From contig JBQCHL010000025.1 of NCBI GenBank assembly GCA_051954695.1, positions 30,852 to 94,851 on the forward strand: a stretch of DNA of 64,000 bases, given 5' to 3'. How positions within the stretch are numbered: position 1 is the first letter of the stretch; every line of letters starts with the position of its first letter. Positions 45,971-55,914 of this stretch are shown piece after piece. Source of the DNA: Chitinophagaceae bacterium (GTDB taxonomy: Bacteria > Bacteroidota > Bacteroidia > Chitinophagales > Chitinophagaceae). The position numbers were made by a program, and so were the translations under genes. The notes beneath the pieces were generated by a model. The model worked only from the letters and a program-made list of their open reading frames with translations. It was not told where the DNA came from and did not search any database.

Positions 45971-47047
45971 ATGTTATTGACCTCAACCCGTTTTATCCGG
46001 GCACATTATTACCTGATCACAGCCCTGTCAATTTTATCCGGTGCCCTGGGCGCTTATGCCCAGCCATCCCGAAACGACATACCACACGACAGCACTTACT
46101 ATAAAACGTATCCTGACCTGATCACCGCCGGAGTATATCTTTCCAAGAAATACACCAGCTTCGTAATGGAAGGACCAGAAGGCATAAAAGCCCTGCGCTA
46201 TAAGCCAAATACCCCCATGACAATGGGCCTGAGCGCCTCTTATGGAGTCCTGACCCTGAATGTCGGATTTACCGCGCCATTTTTTCAGCCAAATATTGCA
46301 GAAACAGGTAAAAGCAAAGTTCTCGATCTTCAAACGCATATTTATGCACGCGACTGGGTGATCGATCTGTATGGTCAGTTCTATAAAGGCTATCATGCCA
46401 CGCCAAAAGGGTATGGTTCCACCAATCCTTCTGCTTACTATATAAGGCCTGATATGCGGGTAAACCTGCTGGGTGCATCTGTTTACCGTTTACTTAATGG
46501 GGAACAATTTTCCTACCGGGCCTCTATTCTTCAAAATGAATGGCAGAAAAAATCAGCCGGTTCGCTTTTAGTGGGTTTTGAAGCATATACAGGAAGAGCA
46601 AAGGGTGACAGCGCGCTTGTGCCCAGCCAGCTTAGTTCCGTTTTCCGGCAAAAGGATATAACCAAAATGCGGTTTACAGAGTTCGGTCCGGGAATCGGTT
46701 ACGCTTACACTTATGTGTATGAAGAAAATTATTTTATTACCGGCAGCCTTACAGCTATGGGCGATGTCAGCTTTGTAAAGGAAACCAGCGAACACGGCAG
46801 CGCAAGACGGACTACCATAAGCCCCAATGTAATGGTAAGAATTGTGGCGGGTTATAATAGTGACGACTGGATGCTGAACCTGGCCTGGCTCAACAGCAGC
46901 ACCAACCTGGCGGGAAAATCATCCAACGATCAATATCTTATCAAGATCGGCAGTTTCCGGATCGCACTGGCCAAGCGGATTACTCCAGGGAAAAAACTGA
47001 AGAAACAGTTGAAAAAGATTGATGATTTTCAGATGCCGCAGTTATAA
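45971..47047 (+). CDS. DUF4421-like outer-membrane beta-barrel protein
   Basis: Y.PN....G, LDLQ..Y, Y..YKGY, QKKSAGS motifs; alternative TTG start 45965. Confidence 0.75.
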   Translation: MLLTSTRFIRAHYYLITALSILSGALGAYAQPSRNDIPHDSTYYKTYPDLITAGVYLSKKYTSFVMEGPEGIKALRYKPNTPMTMGLSASYGVLTLNVGFTAPFFQPNIAETGKSKVLDLQTHIYARDWVIDLYGQFYKGYHATPKGYGSTNPSAYYIRPDMRVNLLGASVYRLLNGEQFSYRASILQNEWQKKSAGSLLVGFEAYTGRAKGDSALVPSQLSSVFRQKDITKMRFTEFGPGIGYAYTYVYEENYFITGSLTAMGDVSFVKETSEHGSARRTTISPNVMVRIVAGYNSDDWMLNLAWLNSSTNLAGKSSNDQYLIKIGSFRIALAKRITPGKKLKKQLKKIDDFQMPQL

Positions 47048-48322
47048 TCAAACCACTATCAGCTCATAAAATTCTTCAGGGTTCAGATACTTCTGCGCAA
47101 GCGCCTGCAGTTCCTCTGCCGTTACCGTTTTAATAGCATTGATTGAATTGTAGAAATAGTTTTCATCCAGATCATTCAGGATAATATTCTTCCAACGGGC
47201 CATTATCTGGAAAGGACCATCCAGATCACCGAGAATACTTCCCATCATATAATTACGGACGAGCAGCAGCTCTTCATCATCCACAAGTTCTTCCCTGAGA
47301 TCTTTCATCTCCTTATACACTTCTTTAATTGCTGCTTCACTTACTTCACGCCCTGCTTCCGTGCTCACCATCCAGGCAGACTGGCTGATATGGTTTTGCA
47401 GATAACTGTGAATACCGTAAGTATATCCTTTATCCTCCCGGATATTGACCATTAACCTTGAACCAAAGAATCCGCCAAACAATGCATTTAACACCTGGGC
47501 TTTCAGAAAATCCGGATGATGGCGGTTAGGGAAAGGCCTTGCCAAACGGATCGAACCCTGTACTCCCTGTTCATCATTAATAATGCGATATTTCTTTTCG
47601 GTGGCGGGTTGGGCCGGAATATCCACCTGAGGCACTTTGCCATTAGGCAGATCCCCGAAATAGCGGTTCAGCAGCTCTTCAAGGTTGGCCGGCAGCCGTC
47701 CTGAAGCAAAAATGACCAGCTTACCCTGCTGATAATATTTTTTATAAAAAGATTTTACCTGTTCCTGTTGTAAAGCATCAAAATCTTCGGCAGTTGAATA
47801 TTTGCCATAAGGGTGTTTATCGCCATAGAGATAAACATCAATAAGGCGGCCTGCCACAAAATCACTTTTTTTGAGATTCACTTTCAGCCGCTGCTTCATG
47901 TTCTGGCGGTAAATATCCAGTTCCTCCTGCGGCATGGTGGCATCAGTCAGCAATTCCCGCACCACAGGCAATAGTTCATTAATATGCCGGGTCAGTGTAT
48001 GAAGGGAAAGCGTTGCGGTTTCATTATAGCAGGCCCTGTTGAGATAAGAGCCGTAATAATCGAAATGCTCATTGATCTGAAAAGCCGTTTTGGAAGAAGT
48101 ACCATTTTTCAAAAGAAAATTGGTTGAAGCCGCTACAAGATTTTGTTCTTCATAAGTATTTCCTGCGCGGAAAACCCACTCAATTGCCATTACTTCTTCA
48201 GCACCGGCATGCACTGTATATACTTCTACCCCATTTTTAAGGGTAAGTTTTTGATAAGGCTTGAGTTGAAGGTTAAAATCTACGGCGTCAACAATGGGAG
48301 GAGCTATATTTCTATTCAGCAT
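47048..48322 (-). CDS. M16 (pitrilysin) family, non-catalytic subunit
   Basis: M16 fold, LFGGFFGSRLMVNIREDKGYTYG; lacks HxxEH. Confidence 0.9.
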   Translation of the reverse strand: MLNRNIAPPIVDAVDFNLQLKPYQKLTLKNGVEVYTVHAGAEEVMAIEWVFRAGNTYEEQNLVAASTNFLLKNGTSSKTAFQINEHFDYYGSYLNRACYNETATLSLHTLTRHINELLPVVRELLTDATMPQEELDIYRQNMKQRLKVNLKKSDFVAGRLIDVYLYGDKHPYGKYSTAEDFDALQQEQVKSFYKKYYQQGKLVIFASGRLPANLEELLNRYFGDLPNGKVPQVDIPAQPATEKKYRIINDEQGVQGSIRLARPFPNRHHPDFLKAQVLNALFGGFFGSRLMVNIREDKGYTYGIHSYLQNHISQSAWMVSTEAGREVSEAAIKEVYKEMKDLREELVDDEELLLVRNYMMGSILGDLDGPFQIMARWKNIILNDLDENYFYNSINAIKTVTAEELQALAQKYLNPEEFYELIVV

Positions 48323-48376
48323 TTTTAATCAAATAAACCTTTTAATGAGAGTTGTTTTGAGCGGTCTTTTCAGAAA

Positions 48377-49615
48377 TCAGTTTTCGGATAAATAATAGAT
48401 CGTATTACTGTTTTCTGCTTTAAAAATAGCTTGGCTTTCAGCTTTTATATCTGCTGTGGTGACGGCTGCATAAAGACCCAGTTCTGTATTCATCATATTG
48501 GCATCACCCAACAGTTCATAATAAGCCAGGCTGTTTGCACGGTTCATCACGCTCATATCTTCAAAAGCCATCATGCTTTCTGTTTTGTTCTTCACTTTTT
48601 CCAATTCTATTTCCATCACCGGCTCTTGCTGCAGTTGATGAAGAATATCATCCACGGCCTTTTCAGCATCTTCGATCTTCACACCTTTTACCAGTTTGCC
48701 CTCAATGGTAAGCAGGCCGGCATCGGTGCTGCCGAAATGATGGCAGTCGATATTGCTGAACAGCTTTTTTTCTTTTACCAGTATCTGGTGAAGACGGGAA
48801 GAAGCACCTCCGCCCAGTATATCACTTAGCAGGTCAATGGCATGATAGCGTTTATCCAGGCGGGCAGGTATATGCCAGCATTTATAAAACGCATCAACCG
48901 GCACTTTGGCTTTTATTTCCAGCTTGCGGGGAGCAGTTTGCACAGGTTCTGCAGGAAGATTGCGTTCATATTTTTCACCGGAAGGAATATCACCAAACCA
49001 TTTCTGGGCCAGTTCTTTTACCTTTTCAGTGGTTACATTACCGGCAACAACCAGGATGGCATTTACAGGTCGGTAATACTTAAAGAAAAATGCTTTTACA
49101 TCTTCCAGGTTTGCATTTTCGATATGTGAAAGCTCTTTACCGATCGTCATCCAGCGATATGGATGCGTGGTATAAGCCAGTTCACGCATTTTATGCCATA
49201 CATCACCATAAGGCTTGGTGAGATAATGTTCTTTAAATTCTTCCGACACCACTTTGCGTTGCACATCCAGGCTTTTTTCGCCAAAAGCAAGGGAAAGCAT
49301 ACGATCGCTTTCCAGCCAGAAAGCAGTTTCCAGGTTTTCGGCCGGCAACTGGATATAGTAATTGGTAAGATCATTGGTAGTGTAGGCATTATTCTCACCG
49401 CCAGCCATCTGCAAAGGCTCGTCGTAGCTGGGAACATTGATGGAACCGCCAAACATCAGGTGTTCAAACAGGTGGGCAAAGCCGGTCCTGTTGGGGTCTT
49501 CATCCCGGGCGCCGACATCATACATTATATTCATTACGGCCAGGGGGGTGGATTGATCCTGGTGAACAATAACCCTTAGACCGTTAGATAGGGTAAATTT
49601 TTCGAAGTGAATCAT
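48377..49615 (-). CDS. M16 (pitrilysin) family metallopeptidase, catalytic subunit
   Basis: GFAHLFEHLMF (HxxEH), NAYTTNDLTNY. Confidence 0.93.
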   Translation of the reverse strand: MIHFEKFTLSNGLRVIVHQDQSTPLAVMNIMYDVGARDEDPNRTGFAHLFEHLMFGGSINVPSYDEPLQMAGGENNAYTTNDLTNYYIQLPAENLETAFWLESDRMLSLAFGEKSLDVQRKVVSEEFKEHYLTKPYGDVWHKMRELAYTTHPYRWMTIGKELSHIENANLEDVKAFFFKYYRPVNAILVVAGNVTTEKVKELAQKWFGDIPSGEKYERNLPAEPVQTAPRKLEIKAKVPVDAFYKCWHIPARLDKRYHAIDLLSDILGGGASSRLHQILVKEKKLFSNIDCHHFGSTDAGLLTIEGKLVKGVKIEDAEKAVDDILHQLQQEPVMEIELEKVKNKTESMMAFEDMSVMNRANSLAYYELLGDANMMNTELGLYAAVTTADIKAESQAIFKAENSNTIYYLSEN

Positions 49616-49633
49616 GATAGAGTATTAGAACAG

Positions 49634-49641
49634 CAAAAGTA
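49634..49641 (-). promoter_or_regulatory. -7 promoter box for M16 pair
   Basis: TACTTTTG on minus strand 19 nt before ATG. Confidence 0.45.
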
Positions 49642-49663
49642 GAGGAATGTTTGTTTCGCTTAC

Positions 49664-50866
49664 TTAAAGGATGCTTCTAATCTTCATCTCTAACTGAATC
49701 AAGTCATTATCTCTTCTTATCAGCATTTTCACCTTTTCCCCCGCTGCCTGTAGCGCTATTTTGTACTGGGCAAAATTTTGAGTGAGATTATTATTGATGC
49801 CGACAACCTGGTCGCCTTCTTTCAGGCCGGCCTGTTCGCCAGGTGAGCCAGCGGCCACATCACCTATTAGAATTTTCCCATCTGTGAGATAAAGTTCTAT
49901 GCCCGAATAAGAATAATCAAAAGGCTCGCGGAAATGAGAATTGGGTACCAGGTGTATATCTCTTTTAGCATAATTAAAGATGACATTGAAACGCCGGAAA
50001 ATATCGTTGCCAATAAGGCCTCCCAAATAAGGATAGGAAGTAACATTATAGGTGTCTTCAAATATATAGGTGGGAATATTGCGGAACCGGTATGGTCCAA
50101 ACTTCAGTTCCTTCACTACCGTCATATGCATGTTCACTTTCCCGCCTATGCCCTCCCCTTCTTTGGGATAAAGCTTTCTTTTTTTGTGAAGCAGCACACT
50201 ATCATCTATAAAATCCTGCGAAAGCATCAGGCAAACACCTGCGCCGATATCGTGCAGGAACCGGGCATTATAGGTGTATTCATCCTTTACCCTCGCCGTT
50301 TGCACCGGCAATGAGTTTAGAATAGGCCTGATCAGGAAACCTCCTTTGGGATAACGGATAGACCCCCTGGTGCAGATTTCCATCTTCAGGCTGTCATAAT
50401 CCAGCTTAACGATATAGCGGCTAAGCAATGAATAACCAATAATCCCGTCGACCCGCTCACCATACACACTGCTGAGTACGGAATAATCATTTACATGGAA
50501 ATTAAGGCTGTCGACCACCAGCCCAGGAAACCGCAGCTTGCGGTTATACAAAAAACCTACTTTCTTAATACCTGCGATACCGCGGATGGTTTTATCAGAA
50601 GCTTCAGGTTTCAGTTTGAAATAAGCAACGGTAGCTGAGTCGAGGGAAATGCCACTGCTGCCGCTGTCAAGAATAAACTGTAATGTATCGGGAAAATTAT
50701 CAAGCTGCGCCTTGAGAATCACCACACCGCCGGTTACCTGGAAAAAAGGGAACTTGCTCAGCAGCCTGGAAGGGGGTTCCACAAATTCTTCCTGGGCCTG
50801 GGAGCGATAGGTGATCAGCAGCAACAGCAAAGTTGCCACCGTAGTTAATTGAGTCGCTTTTTTCAT
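49664..50866 (-). CDS. Exported aspartyl protease family protein (two retropepsin-like lobes + PDZ)
   Basis: FILDSGSSG and LHDIGAG; GIIG/GLIG; SPGEQAGLKEGDQVVGIN PDZ. Confidence 0.85.
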   Translation of the reverse strand: MKKATQLTTVATLLLLLITYRSQAQEEFVEPPSRLLSKFPFFQVTGGVVILKAQLDNFPDTLQFILDSGSSGISLDSATVAYFKLKPEASDKTIRGIAGIKKVGFLYNRKLRFPGLVVDSLNFHVNDYSVLSSVYGERVDGIIGYSLLSRYIVKLDYDSLKMEICTRGSIRYPKGGFLIRPILNSLPVQTARVKDEYTYNARFLHDIGAGVCLMLSQDFIDDSVLLHKKRKLYPKEGEGIGGKVNMHMTVVKELKFGPYRFRNIPTYIFEDTYNVTSYPYLGGLIGNDIFRRFNVIFNYAKRDIHLVPNSHFREPFDYSYSGIELYLTDGKILIGDVAAGSPGEQAGLKEGDQVVGINNNLTQNFAQYKIALQAAGEKVKMLIRRDNDLIQLEMKIRSIL

Positions 50867-51005
50867 ATGACTAGGTTAGTCGTCCTCAGCAGTTTTGGTT
50901 TACCTAAGCTCGATGCAGCAGTCCTTTATTCTACATAATCACAGTTAAATTACTTCTTTCAATGCCATAAAAAAAACCGTTCAGCCTTTTTCTTGTTATT
51001 GATTG

Positions 51006-51013
51006 TATTTTTG
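51006..51013 (+). promoter_or_regulatory. -7 promoter box for mqnC
   Basis: TATTTTTG 50 nt before ATG 51063. Confidence 0.5.
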
Positions 51014-51018
51014 CGGCG

Positions 51019-51044
51019 GCCGCCTTCGCCAAGGCTTCGCCGGC
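51019..51044. repeat. Short REP-like unit in mqnC leader
   Basis: GCCGCCTTCGCCAAGGCTTCGCCGGC resembles GCCGCCTATGCTAAAGCTTCGGCGG at ~33707. Confidence 0.45.
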
Positions 51045-51062
51045 CACTGTAAAACCCTAATC

Positions 51063-52187
51063 ATGGAATTAGCTGATTTGTTAGCAAGGGCGCTCAATTT
51101 TGAGTTCCTGACTGTAGAAGAAGGCGTTCATCTTTATCATCATGCCCCGCTCACTGACCTGATGTTCGTAGCCGATGAGTTGCGCAAAAAACAGGTGCCT
51201 CATGGAAAAGTGACATGGCAGATAGACCGCAATGTGAACACCACCAATGTCTGTATCGCCAATTGTAAGTTCTGCAATTTCTTCCGCATTCCCGGCCATC
51301 CCGAAGCCTATATCACCGATATGCCGGTGTACCGCAAAAAAATTGAGGAGACCCTGAAATATGGCGGCGACCAGCTTTTATTGCAGGGCGGCCATCACCC
51401 GGAATTAGGGCTGCAGTTTTATGTAGACACTTTCCGTCAGATCAAACAGGAATTCCCTACCATTAAGTTACATGCGCTCGGGCCTCCCGAGATCGCCCAT
51501 ATCACCAAACTGGAAAAAAGTACCCACCGTGAAGTATTGCAGGCATTAAAAAACGCAGGCATGGACTCGTTGCCCGGCGCCGGTGCTGAAATACTGATCG
51601 ACCGGGTTCGCCGCCTCATCTCCAAAGGAAAATGCGGAGCACAGGAATGGTTGGATATTATGCATGAAGCACATAAACTGAATATCACTACATCGGCCAC
51701 TATGATGTTTGGCCATGTTGAAACCATTGAAGAACGTTTTGAGCACCTGGTAAGCATCCGTGAAGTGCAAAGCCACAAGCCTGCTGAAGCAAAAGGCTTT
51801 CTGGCATTCATTCCCTGGACTTTCCAGGATGTGGACACGCTGCTCACCCGGATCCGCGGAGTACATAATCTTACCACGCCGGAAGAATATATCCGGATGA
51901 TCGCGCTGAGCAGGATCATGCTGCCCAATGTGAAAAACATACAGGCTTCCTGGCTCACCGTAGGAAAACAAACAGCTTCTATTTGCCTGCACGCCGGCGC
52001 AAATGATTTTGGTTCCATCATGATCGAAGAAAATGTAGTGAGCGCAGCCGGCGCCCCTCACCGTTTCACTTACCGCACTATACAGGAGGCGATCCGCGAA
52101 GCTGGTTTTGAGCCACAATTAAGAAATCAACAGTATGAGTGGAGGGATATACCGGCGACAATCGAAGAACAGGTGATCAATTACTAG
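51063..52187 (+). CDS. mqnC: Cyclic dehypoxanthinyl futalosine synthase (radical SAM)
   Basis: RNVNTTNVCIANCKFC, LLQGGHHP, PGAGAEIL, TSATMMFGH, AFIPWTFQ, NIQASW, GANDFGS.MIEENVV. Confidence 0.9.
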   Translation: MELADLLARALNFEFLTVEEGVHLYHHAPLTDLMFVADELRKKQVPHGKVTWQIDRNVNTTNVCIANCKFCNFFRIPGHPEAYITDMPVYRKKIEETLKYGGDQLLLQGGHHPELGLQFYVDTFRQIKQEFPTIKLHALGPPEIAHITKLEKSTHREVLQALKNAGMDSLPGAGAEILIDRVRRLISKGKCGAQEWLDIMHEAHKLNITTSATMMFGHVETIEERFEHLVSIREVQSHKPAEAKGFLAFIPWTFQDVDTLLTRIRGVHNLTTPEEYIRMIALSRIMLPNVKNIQASWLTVGKQTASICLHAGANDFGSIMIEENVVSAAGAPHRFTYRTIQEAIREAGFEPQLRNQQYEWRDIPATIEEQVINY

Positions 52188-52216
52188 CCGAATACGTAAA
52201 AAATAAGAACTCTCAC

Positions 52217-52525
52217 ATGAAAGCCAAAAGTACATTTAACTGGTTCCGTAAGATCGCCCTGGCAGAAGGGGTTTCATTCCTGGTCCTGTTGTTTATTGCC
52301 ATGCCATTAAAATATATGGCTGATATGCCAACGGCAGTTCGTATCGTTGGCGGTTTGCATGGATTGTTGTTTATCGGGTTTATAGTGATGGCTTTTGAAG
52401 TAAAAAAAGAAACCGGTAAAGACTGGGCATGGATAGGTAAAGCATTCCTGGCATCTATTATTCCGTTCGGAACTTTTGTGATGGACAGGCAATGGAAAAA
52501 AGAAGAGGCAGCCCTTGTTGGATAA
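52217..52525 (+). CDS. DUF3817 membrane protein
   Basis: FRKIALAEGVSFLVLLFIAMPLKY, GGLHGLLF, ASIIPFGTF. Confidence 0.88.
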   Translation: MKAKSTFNWFRKIALAEGVSFLVLLFIAMPLKYMADMPTAVRIVGGLHGLLFIGFIVMAFEVKKETGKDWAWIGKAFLASIIPFGTFVMDRQWKKEEAALVG

Positions 52526-52572
52526 TGTAATATCATAAAAAGCGCAATGATGATGTGCTCTATAAAATAAAA

Positions 52573-52592
52573 GGGCCGGCTCTCGCCGGCCC
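52573..52592 (-). terminator. Terminator for OM beta-barrel gene
   Basis: GGGCCGGC-TCTC-GCCGGCCC with TTTTATTTT on minus strand. Confidence 0.7.
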
Positions 52593-52670
52593 CCAACAAT
52601 GAGGCACTATTGCGCTACCTGCTCCGTAGCCAGTGCCCATCTCAGCCTTCAATATCATTATAGGCAGAGC

Positions 52671-55046
52671 TTACAATCTGTTTTTCTCATCACTGTTATT
52701 CTGATCAATCCTTTTTTTCGTAAATGCTTTTCCTGCGCGGAACGTATACGCAAGCGATAAACTGAAAGTGCGCGTTGGCCGTTTCTGATAAAAATCGATC
52801 CTTGTATTATTGAACTGTGTCAATTCTTTTTCACGGAACGTGTTGAAAATATCACTTACATAAAACCGCAGCCGACCCCTGTCTTTCCAAAGCTTTCGGG
52901 TAATGCCGATATCTATATAAAAGATATCAGACTGCCGGTTGTTGGCACGGATATATGGAGAAGTATATTCCATGAACATATCAAAATCCGCTACTTTCTT
53001 CCAGGTGATCATCTGAACCGTTTGAAAAGAAAAAGACTTTTGTGACAGACGAATAGTATCCAGGTCATTTGAAAAACGATACGCCATGAAACTATTGCGG
53101 CTGTTCCAGTTTTTAGTAATATTGAATGAAGCCTCTAGTGAAAGCCCGTATTCTGTGCTGTTAGGGTAGTTTTTTGATTTGTATTCAATGATATTATCAT
53201 CGATGGTACTGGCAGTTTGCGCGATATAATTGCTGGTAGATTGAAAATAAGCCGTTGCTGTATAATTCTGCCGGTATGTATATCCTCCACGAACACTGTG
53301 TGTGTATTGCGGCACCAGGTTGGGGTTGCCGGTAAGCACCGTAAAGTCATGTACCTGCAGCCGGTAAGGGTTCAGATCATTATACCCCGGCCTTCTCACC
53401 CTTCTTGAGTAATTCAGACTAAGACTATTTCCTTTTTCTTCATTAAAACTATGTGTAATAAATAAGGAAGGAAACCAGCCAAAATATTCCCGGTTGATCG
53501 TCTGGTCCAGTGTAATCGAATACCCCTCCGCCCAGGTTTTTTCTCCGCGCAAACCCGCTTTGACACTTGTTTTATGAAATACTTTTTCAAAGGAACCATA
53601 AAACATCAGCAGGGCTTCAGTATACTGGAATTCATTGCTGGCTGCCGGATCTTTCGTCCAATCATTATCTCTGAACCGTTCGGTCAGTACAGTGTTGCCC
53701 CGATCAGTATACACATATTTAACTCCTGATTTAATAGCAGATTGGTTTCTTAATGCCTTTGTATAATCTGCCTGTATGCTCGACAGGCCGGTATTGCTGG
53801 GTGTATTCGTCCGGTAAAACTGATCTCGGAGCGGATCACTGTAAGTTGAATTCAGTTCATTGACCTCTTTCTTGGTACTTGTAGTATAATCTGCAATAAT
53901 GCGCAGCAATGAACCCATTGTATCCATCTTCCATCCATAGTTCAATGTATAGCTCGCCTGCCAGGGTTTTCTTCTCCAATCGGAGATAGCATTGCCCGTG
54001 ATCTTTTCAGCAGGCATTGTGTATTCCAATCCTGAATGAAAGCTTTGAATCAGTTTATTTGCTACGCCTATCATTTGAAAGTTTATGGAATGATTAGCTG
54101 AAAAATCATAGACCAGGCCTGTCCTGAATTGGTGGCGGGTGTTGTTGTTATACCGCCTTGTATCGTTATAGATATTGCTTTTGTCGGGATAAAGCACATT
54201 TGTCCACCCCTTGTAAGCATTTTGATCATTATTGAAATTATACCCTCCAACCAAATACAATCGCTTTAGTTTATAATCAAGTGAAGCGCCAAGAGCCGAA
54301 TAGGGGTCACTGTTCTGTTGCTTGTATTGAGCTGATAGTGTGCCCGTCAGTCCATCCCGTCTTGATCTTTTAAGAATGATATGTACAATCCCTCCTGATG
54401 ATGCAGCTTCGAATTCTGCCGGCGGGTTGGGGATCACTTCTATTTTACTGATATCTTCTGAACGGAGTGAGCGGAGAAAATCGGCCAGCTCAGCAGAGCT
54501 CATTCTTTGCACCACATCATTGATCATAACAGTAACGGTTTGCCCGCCAGTGATACGGATACTTCCGTCAGGACTTACCCATAAACCCGGTGAACGTTGC
54601 AGCACATCCAAACCGGAATTACCATTAGCGAGATAAGTGTTCTCTACATTCACAATATACCGGTCGGAGCGGCGTGTTACCAATGGTTTCCTTGATGACA
54701 CTACCACCTCTCCTAAAGTATTCTCTCTATCTAAAAGTATCAGTTTCGCTAAAGACGTTGCATCAGGATAAGTAAATTTTTTACTGAATGGTTGATAGCC
54801 GATCAGCGATAACTGGATCGTATAAGTAGTGCCTTCGGAAAAATTTGCTTTCAATTGAAACCCGCCTGATTCGTTGGTGACTGCACCGGCAATAAAGCTG
54901 CTGTCTTTCAACAGTGCTACGGAAACAAGGCCTAATGGCTTATCATTTACCGTAGCCACATGACCAGATATAACCTGGCTGCAAGCATAGCGGACAGACG
55001 CAGTAAAAATGATAAGGAGTAAGGTGGCTGTTTTCATATACAGCAT
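52671..55046 (-). CDS. Outer-membrane beta-barrel / TonB-dependent receptor-like protein
   Basis: Carboxypeptidase-regulatory N-domain, LQRSPGL plug, IEVIPNPPAEFEAA..GGIV.I, GNPNLVP, DIFNT. Confidence 0.88.
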   Translation of the reverse strand: MLYMKTATLLLIIFTASVRYACSQVISGHVATVNDKPLGLVSVALLKDSSFIAGAVTNESGGFQLKANFSEGTTYTIQLSLIGYQPFSKKFTYPDATSLAKLILLDRENTLGEVVVSSRKPLVTRRSDRYIVNVENTYLANGNSGLDVLQRSPGLWVSPDGSIRITGGQTVTVMINDVVQRMSSAELADFLRSLRSEDISKIEVIPNPPAEFEAASSGGIVHIILKRSRRDGLTGTLSAQYKQQNSDPYSALGASLDYKLKRLYLVGGYNFNNDQNAYKGWTNVLYPDKSNIYNDTRRYNNNTRHQFRTGLVYDFSANHSINFQMIGVANKLIQSFHSGLEYTMPAEKITGNAISDWRRKPWQASYTLNYGWKMDTMGSLLRIIADYTTSTKKEVNELNSTYSDPLRDQFYRTNTPSNTGLSSIQADYTKALRNQSAIKSGVKYVYTDRGNTVLTERFRDNDWTKDPAASNEFQYTEALLMFYGSFEKVFHKTSVKAGLRGEKTWAEGYSITLDQTINREYFGWFPSLFITHSFNEEKGNSLSLNYSRRVRRPGYNDLNPYRLQVHDFTVLTGNPNLVPQYTHSVRGGYTYRQNYTATAYFQSTSNYIAQTASTIDDNIIEYKSKNYPNSTEYGLSLEASFNITKNWNSRNSFMAYRFSNDLDTIRLSQKSFSFQTVQMITWKKVADFDMFMEYTSPYIRANNRQSDIFYIDIGITRKLWKDRGRLRFYVSDIFNTFREKELTQFNNTRIDFYQKRPTRTFSLSLAYTFRAGKAFTKKRIDQNNSDEKNRL

Positions 55047-55079
55047 AAAAATATCCCTACCATATATTTTGGCGGACGG

Positions 55080-55117
55080 GAACGAGCAGTTTGCGGGAAT
55101 GGATGAGCCGGTTGCGG
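55080..55117 (-). promoter_or_regulatory. Putative LytTR binding site (direct repeats 21 bp apart)
   Basis: GAACGAGCAGTTTGCGG (55080) / GGATGAGCCGGTTGCGG (55101), 13/17 identical, upstream of receptor. Confidence 0.5.
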
Positions 55118-55155
55118 CCCCCGCGAAGGCGGCAAAGAGGTGCTTATTGGCAAAA

Positions 55156-55908
55156 TTATTTGCCGGATTGCAGCTTTTTTAAAAGCATTTCCTTTTTGGA
55201 GCGGGATACATCTACTTCAACCCCATCGCTCATCAGCAAAGTACCCCCTTCACCGCGGGTGTACTTTTTTATCTCGTTGAGGTTTACAAGACATGAATGG
55301 TGAACGCGGAGAAATGGGTATTCTTCCAGCATCTCTTCTATTTCTTTAAGCGTACGGGAAATGATCAGCTTTTGTTTGTCTTTTAAAACAAGCGTCGTGT
55401 AATTACTACTGGCCATGCAATAGAGAATGGAATCAACGGCTATCACCTGCAGGCCTTCCATAGTCGGTAAAGCGATCCGGTTGGTGGGAGCTGAGGGCTG
55501 CCGCAATTTTTCGAGTAATATATCCAGTTGGCCCGGCAGTGATGATGAGGATAATAGCTCTGTTGCTTTTTTTACGGCCGATTTCAGTTCCTGCGGATCA
55601 ATCGGCTTCAACAAGTAATCGAGTGCGCTGAAGCGTATCGCTTTAATGGCATATTGATCATAGCTCGTAGTGAAAATGACCTGAAATGGTACAGGGGCCA
55701 GGCTTTCCAGCAGCTCAAAACCGTTCTTATGTGGCATTTCAACATCGAGGAAAACAAGCTGTGGCTTAATAGAACTGATTGCCCCTTCAGCCTCTTTTGC
55801 CGAATGACAGGTTGCTTCTACATTCACTTCAGGACAATGCTTTTTCAACAAGGTCAGTAGTGCCTTGCAGGCATAAGGCTCATCATCCACTACAATCGTT
55901 CTAATCAT
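55156..55908 (-). CDS. LytTR family response regulator
   Basis: IVVDDE, FLDVEMP, DYLLKP; FLRVHHSCLVNL LytTR motif. Confidence 0.95.
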   Translation of the reverse strand: MIRTIVVDDEPYACKALLTLLKKHCPEVNVEATCHSAKEAEGAISSIKPQLVFLDVEMPHKNGFELLESLAPVPFQVIFTTSYDQYAIKAIRFSALDYLLKPIDPQELKSAVKKATELLSSSSLPGQLDILLEKLRQPSAPTNRIALPTMEGLQVIAVDSILYCMASSNYTTLVLKDKQKLIISRTLKEIEEMLEEYPFLRVHHSCLVNLNEIKKYTRGEGGTLLMSDGVEVDVSRSKKEMLLKKLQSGK

Positions 55909-55914
55909 TTGCTG

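Noticed and set aside
47048-48322. M16 gene lacking HxxEH as a pseudogene
   Set aside because: Catalytic/non-catalytic M16 heterodimers are well established and the ORF is intact.
51063-52187. Radical SAM enzyme as a RiPP maturase for the peptides
   Set aside because: Motifs are MqnC/CofH-type, there is no SPASM/RRE domain, and it is 37 kb from the peptides.
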